Positions 48,473-57,527 of a stretch of 64,000 nucleotides of DNA are shown piece by piece. The notes under the pieces are model-generated. The model searched no databases. It was not told the DNA's origin and was given only the letters and a program-made list of their open reading frames with translations. This DNA is from Acidimicrobiaceae bacterium (lineage in GTDB: Bacteria; Actinomycetota; Acidimicrobiia; Acidimicrobiales; RAAP-2). Numbering within the stretch: position 1 is the stretch's first letter; each line of letters starts with the position of its first letter. A program made the position numbers and the translations under genes. Location of the stretch: NCBI GenBank assembly GCA_003133665.1, contig PKYK01000033.1, forward strand, positions 5,146 to 69,145. Reading direction: 5' to 3'.

Positions 48473-48817
48473 ATGTCGCAGCGAAAGACCATCACGGTCG
48501 ACGAATCGGTGGTCAGTTGCTGCAGCCCGATCGTCACCGAAACGCTTTCCGAGGAGCAGGCGCACGACTTGGCACAGATCTTCGGGGCCCTGAGTGACCC
48601 GGCCCGCTTGCGGATGCTCTCGCTGATCGCCTCGGAGCCAGAGGTGTGCAGCTGCTCTCTCGAGGGGCCCTTGGCGAAGAGCCAGCCGACGATCTCGCAC
48701 CACACCAGGATTCTCGCCGAAGCCGGCCTGATTGCCGGAGAGAAGCGGGGGCGATGGATGTGGTGGCGCGTCGTGCCCGAGCGCCTTCAAGAGGTCTCCC
48801 GGCTGCTCTCGGTCTGA
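48473..48817 (+). CDS. arsR: ArsR/SmtB family repressor
   Basis: CCSP, ALSDPARL, EVCSC, SQPTISHH and EKRGRW motifs. Confidence 0.93.
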   Translation: MSQRKTITVDESVVSCCSPIVTETLSEEQAHDLAQIFGALSDPARLRMLSLIASEPEVCSCSLEGPLAKSQPTISHHTRILAEAGLIAGEKRGRWMWWRVVPERLQEVSRLLSV

Positions 48818-48916
48818 AACGGGCGTTGCCCGGAGACGGGCATCACCGCATTCGCCTCGATGCGCCGTTCCACGACTCCCGAAGACGCCTACTGCGGAAT
48901 GACAACCTTTCGGACG

Positions 48917-49972
48917 CTAACGGAAGTCCTCCTGCAGTTCTGCCAGTGCGGCGGCTCCGGGGCAGAGCTTCTCGTACGCAACTCTGTTGAGTCCCTCGGC
49001 GGGCGTGTGGTTCATTTCGTGCACGTCAAGGGCGGTCTCGTCCACGTAGAGCAGTCCCGTGACAATCTCACCGCGGGTGTGGCGTTCGCGAATGTACTCC
49101 TCAACCTTTTGACGGTCGTGCGGGTCGTAGCCGGTGGGAACTGATCGGAACCGCACGACACTTCCGTCGTGCATGGCAACCTCGGTGGCGCCGTCGGCGG
49201 GGATCGAGGCCTGGATCTCGTCGCGCAGCGGCACGAAGTCCGTCTCGATCTCCTTCACTTCGTGTTCACGCATGAATCGGTAGCTCTTCGTCGAACCCTC
49301 ATGGTCGTTGAAGGTCACGCACGGTGAAATAACGTCGATGAGCGCGAGCCCGTTGTGGGCAACCGCCGCCTTCAGGATCGGGACCAACTGCGCCTTGTCC
49401 CCCGAGAAGCTGCGGGCGAGGAAGGTCGCGCCCATGCTGAGCCCGAGCATGATGGGATCGATGGGAGCGATGGCGTTGGGCTCACCGCGCTTCGGTCGCG
49501 AGCCGATGTCGGCCGACGCCGACATCTGGCCCTTCGTGAGCCCGTACACCCCGTTGTTCTCGATGACGTAGACCATCTTCACGTTTCGGCGAATGGCGTG
49601 GGCGAGATGTCCCAGCCCGATGGAGAGCGAGTCGCCGTCCCCGGAGATGCCGATGTAGGTGAGTTCACGATTCGCGGCGTTGGCGCCGGTTGCGATGGTC
49701 GCCATGCGCCCGTGCGCCGAGTTGAATCCGTGAGCGCCGCGAACGAAATAGGTCGGCGTCTTGGAGGAACATCCGATGCCACTCAACTTGGCGATCGTGT
49801 GGGGTGGAGTGGACAGTTCCCAGAACGCGTGGGCGATGGCGGCGGTCACCGAGTCGTGCCCGCAGCCCGCGCAGAGCGTCGACATCGCTCCTTCGTAGTC
49901 ACGAATGGTCAGACCGAGCTCGTTCTTGGGCAGCGGGGCGAGCGGAATGCGGGGTTTGGTGATTGAGGGCAT
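48917..49972 (-). CDS. korB: 2-oxoacid:ferredoxin oxidoreductase beta subunit
   Basis: LCAGCGH, SGIGCSS, GDGD, NNGVYGLTKGQ and SPCVTFN motifs. Confidence 0.92.
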   Translation of the reverse strand: MPSITKPRIPLAPLPKNELGLTIRDYEGAMSTLCAGCGHDSVTAAIAHAFWELSTPPHTIAKLSGIGCSSKTPTYFVRGAHGFNSAHGRMATIATGANAANRELTYIGISGDGDSLSIGLGHLAHAIRRNVKMVYVIENNGVYGLTKGQMSASADIGSRPKRGEPNAIAPIDPIMLGLSMGATFLARSFSGDKAQLVPILKAAVAHNGLALIDVISPCVTFNDHEGSTKSYRFMREHEVKEIETDFVPLRDEIQASIPADGATEVAMHDGSVVRFRSVPTGYDPHDRQKVEEYIRERHTRGEIVTGLLYVDETALDVHEMNHTPAEGLNRVAYEKLCPGAAALAELQEDFR

Positions 49973-49974
49973 CG

Positions 49975-51810
49975 TTAGTTCTCCAACTGGCTGGTAATGC
50001 GATCCACCACGAAGCTCGCGCTGAGTGGGAATCCCCCATACGCGAGAATCGGTTGCATCTTCTCTATGGCGACCCCGGTTTCGAGAGAGATCAGGGACCG
50101 CAACTGCGCGTCACGGTTCTGCTCGACAACAAAGCAGTAGTCGTGTTCGTCGACGAAACGGCGTACCTCACCGACGAAGGGGAACCCTCTGACCCGCATG
50201 AAGTCCGCGTTCACCCCGGACTGAGCGAGTTGATCGAGTGCCTCGCGCACGGCGAGGTCGCAGCTGCCGAGGGTGATGACGCCAATGGTCGCTCCGGCGC
50301 GTCGCTGCACAATCGGGGCCGGCACGTGTTCGGCCGAAGCGGCGTGCTTCTTCTTCAGCCGGTCGACGACCTCTTGGTACTCGACCGGATTCTCGGTGTA
50401 CTGCCCGAACTTGTCATGGCCCGATCCGCGAATGAAGTAGGCACCCTTGGAGTCCGAGCCGGGCAACGTTCTTGGCGTGACGAACTCCGCGTCCTCGCCG
50501 GTGTAGCGGAAGAACTCGGCAATACCTTGAAGGTCCGCGTCATCCAAGACTCGCCCCCGGTCCGGAACGTACGAGTCGTCCCACGTGAGTCTGGGGACGA
50601 CCCAGTCGTTCATGCCGATGTCGAGGTCCGACAACATGAACACCGGCGTCTGGAAACGCTCGGCGATATCGAACGACTGCACCGCGAACTCGAAACACTC
50701 CGCCGGATTCGCCGGAAAGAGCAGTATGTGTTTGGTGTCCCCGTGCGAGGCGTAGGCGCACAGCAGTAGGTCCGCCTGCTGGGTCCGCGTCGGCATCCCC
50801 GTCGAAGGACCGGTTCGTTGAACGTCGATGACGACCGCGGGGATCTCGGTGTAGTACGCGAGTCCGAGCAGTTCATTCATGAGCGAGATTCCTGGTCCGG
50901 AGGTTGAAGTGAAGGCCCGCGCCCCACTCCACGACGCCCCCAGGACCATGCCGATGGCCGCGATTTCGTCTTCGGCTTGCAGCACGAGGTAGTTGTTCTT
51001 GAACTCCCCGGGTTTGCCGCCCTCCACCGGTTCGCGCCGGTACTTGGCGCACAACTTGATGAAGTTGTCCATGACGGCCGTGGCTGGCGTGATCGGGTAC
51101 CACCCCGCGACCGTTGCCCCGGCGTACAGGCAGCCCAATGCACTGGCGGTGTTGCCGTCGATCAGAATCGAGTCGCTGTTCGCATCCATGCCCTCAACGT
51201 GAAACGGCAGCGGACAGGCGAAGTTCTCCAGCGCGTAGTCGTAGCCGAGGTGCAAGGCCGTCTGATTGGACGCCCGCAGGTGCTCGTTGCGTGCGAAGGT
51301 CTCGGAGAGGAGGTCCGCCACGAGTTCGACGTCGATGCCGAGCAGCGCGACCACGACGCCGGCGTAGGCGATGTTCTTCATCAAGATCCGTTCCCGTGGA
51401 GCCTGGAAGTTCTCGATGCACATCCGGGCCAGCGGCACACCGAGAAACGTGACGTCCTCACGGAGGATGGCTTCGTCGAGGGGCCACGACGAGTCGTAGA
51501 GGACGTAGCCGCCGTGACGAACGTCGTCGATGTCTTCGGCGTAGGTCTGGGAGTTCATGGCGACCATCAGGTCGTAGTCCAGCGCGCGCGCCGTGTAGCC
51601 CAACTTGTTGACCCGGATCTCATACCACGTGGGGAGGCCTTGAATATTGGACGGGAACAGGTTCTTGCCCGAGACCGGAATCCCCATCCGGAAGATCGCC
51701 TGCATCAAGAGGCTGTTCGCGCTCGCCGACCCCGTCCCGTTGACATTGGCGAGCTTCACCGAAAAGTCGTTGACCCTGACGCTGGCGTCCGGGGCGGTAT
51801 CAATCGCCAT
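49975..51810 (-). CDS. korA: 2-oxoacid:ferredoxin oxidoreductase alpha subunit
   Basis: WYPITP, QAEDEIAA, TSGPG and QRTGPSTGMPT motifs. Confidence 0.92.
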   Translation of the reverse strand: MAIDTAPDASVRVNDFSVKLANVNGTGSASANSLLMQAIFRMGIPVSGKNLFPSNIQGLPTWYEIRVNKLGYTARALDYDLMVAMNSQTYAEDIDDVRHGGYVLYDSSWPLDEAILREDVTFLGVPLARMCIENFQAPRERILMKNIAYAGVVVALLGIDVELVADLLSETFARNEHLRASNQTALHLGYDYALENFACPLPFHVEGMDANSDSILIDGNTASALGCLYAGATVAGWYPITPATAVMDNFIKLCAKYRREPVEGGKPGEFKNNYLVLQAEDEIAAIGMVLGASWSGARAFTSTSGPGISLMNELLGLAYYTEIPAVVIDVQRTGPSTGMPTRTQQADLLLCAYASHGDTKHILLFPANPAECFEFAVQSFDIAERFQTPVFMLSDLDIGMNDWVVPRLTWDDSYVPDRGRVLDDADLQGIAEFFRYTGEDAEFVTPRTLPGSDSKGAYFIRGSGHDKFGQYTENPVEYQEVVDRLKKKHAASAEHVPAPIVQRRAGATIGVITLGSCDLAVREALDQLAQSGVNADFMRVRGFPFVGEVRRFVDEHDYCFVVEQNRDAQLRSLISLETGVAIEKMQPILAYGGFPLSASFVVDRITSQLEN

Positions 51811-53635
51811 CTCTTGTCCTCACCTCTGATTTGGAACCGCTCGCCGACCTCACCGGAATGTGCAGGACACCCGATGTGGAGGCGTAGGGGATATTCAATA
51901 CAAACTCTTCCATGTCCCACGCCGCGGTCGGACACCGCTCGGCGCATAGTCCACAGTGCACGCAGACATTCTCGTCCTTGACCATGACCCGACCCGTCTG
52001 GGGCAGTGGCGCGGACACGTACAGCGACTGATGCAGGTTGAGCGCCGGGGCCGACAGCCGCTCGCGAAGCTCTGATTCGTCGCCGTTGCTCGTGATCGTC
52101 AGGCACTGCACGGGACAGATATCGATGCAGGCATCGCATTCGATGCACAGCGGGGCCTTGAATGCGGTCTGCACATCACAGTTGAGGCACCGTTGGACCT
52201 CTCGAGCGGTCTGTTCCGCGCTGAAACCAAGTTCGACCTCCAAGTCGAGTGACTGGAATCGCTTCGTGAGTTCGACGTGGGTCATCTTCTGGCGGGGCGA
52301 CGGGTTGTAGTCATTGTGGTAACTCCACTCGCTCATACCCATCTTCTGGCTGACGAGGGTCATGCCGAGCGGTGGCCGGTTGGTCAACGGCACGCCCGAA
52401 CAGTGGTTGTGAATCGAAATCGCCGCTTGATGCCCGTGGGCGACCGCCCAGATGATGTTCTTCGGTCCCCACGCGGCGTCGCCCCCGAAGAAGACGCCGG
52501 GCAGCGTCGACTGCATGGTCACTTCGTCGACCACGGGCGTGTCCCACTCGCCGAACTCCATGCCGAGGTCGCGCTCTATCCACGGGAACGCGTTCTCCTG
52601 GCCGATGGCGAGGATGACGTCGTCGCAGGGAACCGTCACGGTGTCGATCGTCGTCGAGTGGCGCGCACCCTCGTCCCACGTCAGGACGTCGAACTCCATC
52701 CCCACTAGCTTGCCGTCCTCGATGACGAATCGTGTGGGCGCGTGATTCACGATGATCGAGACGCCCTCCTCTTCGGCATCCTCGAGCTCCCATGTCGAAG
52801 CCTTGAAGAACTCGCGCGGACGTCGAGCCATGACCTTGATGTCGGTGCCACCGAGGCGGCGAGAGGAACGACAGCAGTCCATCGCGGTGTTACCCACCCC
52901 GATGATGAGCACCCGCTCGCCAATGGACTTCACGTGGCCGAAGGCCACCGACTCGAGCCAGTCGATTCCAATGTGAATATGCGATTCGACCTCATCGTGG
53001 CGTCCGGGCAGGTCGAGCTCCTTGCCGCGCGGCGCACCCACACCGACGAAGATCGCATCGAACTCCTCATCGAGCAGCGTGCGAAGACTCGTGACCGGAC
53101 TGTTGTAACGGATGTCCACGCCCATGTCCAGGATGATCTGGGTCTCGTCGTTCAGCACTCGGTCCGGGAGGCGAAACTCGGGGATGTTCGAACGCATGAG
53201 ACCGCCCGGTCGGTCGAACTGCTCGAACATGACGACGTCGTAACCGAGGGGCATGAGATCATTGGCCACGGTGAGCGCCGAAGGTCCCGCGCCGATGCAC
53301 GCCACGCGATGGCCATTCTTCTCCGCCGGAATCGCGGGGAGGCGACCACTGATGTCGCCCTTCAGGTCAGCCGCGACTCGCTTCAATCGACATATTGCGA
53401 CGGGGCTTCCGTCGACTCGGTCGCGGCGACAGGCGGGCTCGCACGGCCGGTCACAGGTTCGCCCGAGGATTCCGGGGAAGACGTTGGATTCGCGATTGAG
53501 CATGTACGCGTCATCGAACTGACCTTGGGCAATCAGTCGGATGTACCCGGGCACGTCAGTATGGGCGGGACAGGCCCACTGACAGTCGACGACCTTGTGG
53601 TAATAGTTGGGATCCTGGTCGTTCGTAGGTTCCAC
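51800..53635 (-). CDS. GltD-like FAD/NAD(P) oxidoreductase with C-terminal 2[4Fe-4S] ferredoxin domain
   Basis: CQWACP, CDRPCEPAC, GAGPS, GVGNTAMD, CIECDACIDICP and CVHCGLCAERCP motifs. Confidence 0.9.
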   Translation of the reverse strand: MEPTNDQDPNYYHKVVDCQWACPAHTDVPGYIRLIAQGQFDDAYMLNRESNVFPGILGRTCDRPCEPACRRDRVDGSPVAICRLKRVAADLKGDISGRLPAIPAEKNGHRVACIGAGPSALTVANDLMPLGYDVVMFEQFDRPGGLMRSNIPEFRLPDRVLNDETQIILDMGVDIRYNSPVTSLRTLLDEEFDAIFVGVGAPRGKELDLPGRHDEVESHIHIGIDWLESVAFGHVKSIGERVLIIGVGNTAMDCCRSSRRLGGTDIKVMARRPREFFKASTWELEDAEEEGVSIIVNHAPTRFVIEDGKLVGMEFDVLTWDEGARHSTTIDTVTVPCDDVILAIGQENAFPWIERDLGMEFGEWDTPVVDEVTMQSTLPGVFFGGDAAWGPKNIIWAVAHGHQAAISIHNHCSGVPLTNRPPLGMTLVSQKMGMSEWSYHNDYNPSPRQKMTHVELTKRFQSLDLEVELGFSAEQTAREVQRCLNCDVQTAFKAPLCIECDACIDICPVQCLTITSNGDESELRERLSAPALNLHQSLYVSAPLPQTGRVMVKDENVCVHCGLCAERCPTAAWDMEEFVLNIPYASTSGVLHIPVRSASGSKSEVRTRDGD

Positions 53636-54088
53636 GCAGCGCTCTCTTTCGACAATCCTCAGTTCAATCTTGCCAGTCGAGCATGCACGATGGGCAAGGT
53701 CCAAATAACAACCTACTCCGCGTCAAATGCGGTGAACTCACCATTCCCGAGTCGCTGCGCTCGAAATCTTCTTTGTGACTTTATGCCCTACGGTCGCGAT
53801 GAACTGTTCGAGCGACGACCTTCGGTGCCAGCATCGGCACGACCCAGTGAAGGTCACGCACCTCACGGAGAAACGTTGCCGTACTACTACGTGAGGCGCC
53901 AGATCCTCCCACTTGACAAAACGTCGACAGACGAACTCGCGGTCGCCAACAGTGACCTAATACCCTATTAGGCGATTTTTGGTGAATCCGAATCACCAGG
54001 CCCGTAGAATGGGTCAATCGAAAGTAATGAATTACGTCCTGCCGCTAAAGATCGCGATTACCACTCGAAAGGGTCGAGCTCCGAACGC

Positions 54089-55522
54089 GTGACCAACGTG
54101 CCATGGCTCATCCAGGGTGGGATGGGAATCGCGATCTCAAGTTGGCCACTGGCTCGCGCGGTTTCCCAGGCCGGTCAGCTCGGAGTGGTATCGGGCACCG
54201 CCATCAACAGCGTGTTCGTTCGTCGATTGCAGGACTTCGGTGTTGACGAATCACTGCAGGCGGTACTCGATCGATTCCCACTGCAATCCGTGGTGAAGGA
54301 CGTGGTCGCCCAATTCGCCTCAAAACGTCGAGAGTCATCGTCTCCCTATCGGAACATCCCGATGTTGACGCTTCGCAGCTCACAACGGTCTGACGACTTG
54401 CTCGTCCTTGCCACCTTCGTCGAAGTGGCGTTGGCAAAGGAAGGACACGACGGCATCGTGGGCATCAACCTGCTCACCAAGGTTCAAATCCCAACCCTGC
54501 CCACCCTCTTTGGCGCGATCCTTGCCAATGCCGACTACGTCCTCATGGGCGCCGGGGTGCCCACCCACATTCCCGGCATCCTGGAGCAGCTGACCTCCGG
54601 ACAGGCGGCCGAACTCCCTCTGCAGATCACGGGCAGCGCGTCAGGCAGTCCAGCGCCGTCGCTTCACTTCGACCCCGCACGGTACCTTTCGAATCAAGTA
54701 CTGCAGCGTCCCAAATTCGTCGGGATCGTCTCGTCACACGTCCTGGCAACGGCGCTCGCGAAGCGCAGCAATGGACCGGTCGACGGCTTCGTCGTCGAAC
54801 GCCCCTCCGCCGGCGGTCACAATGCGCCGCCTCGTGGTCAGATCACGCTGGATGAAGACGGCAACCCCGTCTACGGCGAACGAGATCGCATCGACTACGA
54901 GGTACTCCGCAACCTGGGCGTGCCCTTCTGGATTGGCGGTGGCGTCACCTCTCCTCGCCACGTCGAAGAGGCGTTCTCGCTCGGCGCGGCGGGCGTCCAG
55001 GTCGGGACGCTCTTCGCGTACTGCCATGAATCGGGCATGGACCCGGCGGTGCGTGAACAGATAATCAAACACGTTCAAAGCGATTCGATATCGATCGCAA
55101 CGTCAATGCGGGCCTCACCCACCGGCTACCCGTTCAAGGTGGCGTCGGTCGAAGGGACGATTTCGGATCCAGCGGTGTTTGATTCGAGGGAGCGCAAGTG
55201 CGATCTCGGCTTCCTGCGCGAGGTCTTCGTCAAGTCCGATGGAGCCTTCGGCTACCGCTGCCCGGCGGAACCCATCGCCGCCTACGTCAAGAAGGGTGGT
55301 TCGGTCGAAGACACGGTCGGATGCACCTGCCTCTGCAATGGGCTGATGTCGACGTGCGGCTTGGGCCAGGTTCGCAGCGACGGTCGCCGCGAGCCGCCGA
55401 TCGTCACCAGCGGCGACTGCATCGATGACATTCGCACCCTCCTGTCAGTGAACATCGATTACGGGGCCACGGACGTCATCGGGCACTTGCGGCCGGTCAC
55501 CGTCGAGCGGCACCAGTCCTGA
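54089..55522 (+). CDS. Nitronate monooxygenase/FabK-family flavoprotein with Cys-rich C-terminus
   Basis: IQGGMG, MGAGVP, AGGHN, GVQVGT, SPTGYP and CTCLCNGL motifs. Confidence 0.85.
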   Translation: MTNVPWLIQGGMGIAISSWPLARAVSQAGQLGVVSGTAINSVFVRRLQDFGVDESLQAVLDRFPLQSVVKDVVAQFASKRRESSSPYRNIPMLTLRSSQRSDDLLVLATFVEVALAKEGHDGIVGINLLTKVQIPTLPTLFGAILANADYVLMGAGVPTHIPGILEQLTSGQAAELPLQITGSASGSPAPSLHFDPARYLSNQVLQRPKFVGIVSSHVLATALAKRSNGPVDGFVVERPSAGGHNAPPRGQITLDEDGNPVYGERDRIDYEVLRNLGVPFWIGGGVTSPRHVEEAFSLGAAGVQVGTLFAYCHESGMDPAVREQIIKHVQSDSISIATSMRASPTGYPFKVASVEGTISDPAVFDSRERKCDLGFLREVFVKSDGAFGYRCPAEPIAAYVKKGGSVEDTVGCTCLCNGLMSTCGLGQVRSDGRREPPIVTSGDCIDDIRTLLSVNIDYGATDVIGHLRPVTVERHQS

Positions 55523-55599
55523 TCCTCCCGTAGTTCAGCCGCAGGTCAGCGGCCCGTTCGACGCAGGGTGACGGTGACGGTGACACGCGGCCACCACGA

Positions 55600-56376
55600 C
55601 TACGCCTTGATCGGTACGGACTGGCCCGGCTCGATCACAATCGCCGCGGCCCCGGCTTTGGCCAACTCGAGGTGCGAGCGCAACTCGTCGGGGGTTCCGG
55701 TCAGTATCGGAAACGTCCCGTAGTGAATGGGGACGACGCGGTCCAGTCCGAGCAGTTTCACCGCGTGGGCGGCTTCGCGCGGACCCATGTTGTAGTGGCC
55801 GTCAATGGGCATCAGTCCGACCTCGGGAGCGTAGAGGTCTCGAATCAACGACATGTCCCCGAACACGTTGGTATCGCCCGTGAGGTAGATGGGACCGCCT
55901 TCACCCTCGGGCAGACCCACGATGAACCCGACCGGATTGCCGCCGTACGCGTTGGGCAGGTTCTCCCCGACGTCGACACCACAGGAGTGGTCGGCCGTGA
56001 CCATGGTGAGCGACACCTCATTGACCGTGACCGTGCCGCCCTTGTTCATGTCAACGATGTTGGACACGCCAACCGATGAGAAGTACGCCGCCATCTCGGG
56101 CACGCAGATGACGGTGGCCCCGGTGGCCGCGGCGAGGGGTATCACCGACCCCATATGGTCGAAGTGCCCGTGGGTCACCGCAATGGCATCGAGCGCGCCG
56201 AGGTCACTGACGCCGACCGGGCTCTTCGGATTCCCTTCGAGCCACGGGTCGAAGATGATCCGTGTTCGCGACAGCGTGGTGAGCAGCACGGTGGCGTGAC
56301 CCAACCACGTCAGGGTCCCGAGGGCCCCCACCGCGTCGCTTTCCGTTGGCTCTTCAATTCGCAGTGCAGAATTCAT
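55600..56376 (-). CDS. Metallo-beta-lactamase-fold hydrolase (UPF0173-like)
   Basis: WLGHA, DPW, THGHFDH, GDT and PIHYGTF motifs. Confidence 0.92.
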   Translation of the reverse strand: MNSALRIEEPTESDAVGALGTLTWLGHATVLLTTLSRTRIIFDPWLEGNPKSPVGVSDLGALDAIAVTHGHFDHMGSVIPLAAATGATVICVPEMAAYFSSVGVSNIVDMNKGGTVTVNEVSLTMVTADHSCGVDVGENLPNAYGGNPVGFIVGLPEGEGGPIYLTGDTNVFGDMSLIRDLYAPEVGLMPIDGHYNMGPREAAHAVKLLGLDRVVPIHYGTFPILTGTPDELRSHLELAKAGAAAIVIEPGQSVPIKA

Positions 56377-56576
56377 CCTGGTTCCTCCCTTGTCGTCGAC
56401 ACCGGACAGTTGGTCCATTGTGCATCAGCCGCCCCACCCCGTGAGCCGATTCTTCTACACCCGGCGCCACCACTGGCGGGCCGGCCGTGGCCGAAGATCC
56501 CGGGAGGGATTCCGAGCCGACGAGTTGCGCCGCCTGATCTCGATCTGGCGCGAAGAACCGCGTCGAAAATGGCGTC

Positions 56577-57527
56577 TCAGTCGACGAGAACTGGATGATC
56601 CGACGATTCGACGTCGATGGGCGCGCCTCTCGAGTCCAACGTGAAGACGGCGACGACAACGGACCACAGTGCCGAGGCCAGCGCCAGATGCACGTCAGCC
56701 GTTCCGGCCCGGGCACTGTCGAGAGCACTGAGCGCCCCCACCGCGATCTGGAGGCCGAGCAGTATCAACGCGAACGCGGCCAGTTTGCGCTGTGCACCCC
56801 TGACCGCAGCGGAGCGCACGACAGTCACCAGGTACGCGATGATCAGGACCGAGCCGATAAGGACCATTGACCGGTGGACGACCTGAATTGCCACCAGCCC
56901 CAATGATGCCTTGCTGGAAGAGCACAGGGGCCAGGACTGGCACGCCGACTGCGCTCCCCCATCGACGACCACCGAGCCCGAGATGACGACCAGATACAGC
57001 GCGCCGACGCCAGCCCAGGCCAGCCGGCCCGGTCCGTGGAGCAGCGACCACGTGCGACCTGGCTCGATGAACGACGTCACTGCAGCAACGGTGACCACGC
57101 CAAGGAAGAGCGCCGCGACCAGGAGGTGGAGCGCGACGGTGACGGGCGCATTGTTGGTCACGACCGTGACCGCTCCCAGGACGGTCTGCACCACGATCAG
57201 TCCCACTGACGCCAATGCCGGAGCGCGCACGTGGCGAGCCGAGGGGCCGGCCCGCACGACCACGATGGCGAGAACGACGATGAGGATGGTCACGAGCGTC
57301 GCCAGGAAGCGGTGGGACTGCTCCATCAGGGGGTGGAAGTGCGAGATGGGGCTGAGCTGACCCGAGCACAGCGGCCATCCCTGACAGCCCATCCCCGAGT
57401 TGGTGACCCTCACGGTGCTGCCGAGCACCAGCAGCAGGTACGTCGCCACCAGCGTGGCCACCGAGAGTCCCCGGACCCACTCCATCTGGGACCCGCGTGC
57501 CCGGTTCTCCGAACTACGAACGCTCAT
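56577..57527 (-). CDS. ctaA: Heme A synthase, COX15/CtaA family
   Basis: VRVTNSGMGCQGWPLC, EQSHR, VALHL, CQSWPLC, VHR and VHLA motifs. Confidence 0.85.
   Translation of the reverse strand: MSVRSSENRARGSQMEWVRGLSVATLVATYLLLVLGSTVRVTNSGMGCQGWPLCSGQLSPISHFHPLMEQSHRFLATLVTILIVVLAIVVVRAGPSARHVRAPALASVGLIVVQTVLGAVTVVTNNAPVTVALHLLVAALFLGVVTVAAVTSFIEPGRTWSLLHGPGRLAWAGVGALYLVVISGSVVVDGGAQSACQSWPLCSSSKASLGLVAIQVVHRSMVLIGSVLIIAYLVTVVRSAAVRGAQRKLAAFALILLGLQIAVGALSALDSARAGTADVHLALASALWSVVVAVFTLDSRGAPIDVESSDHPVLVD

Noticed and set aside
55567-55584. GGTGAC x3 tandem repeat
   Set aside because: Short, lies between convergent genes, and has no evident function.
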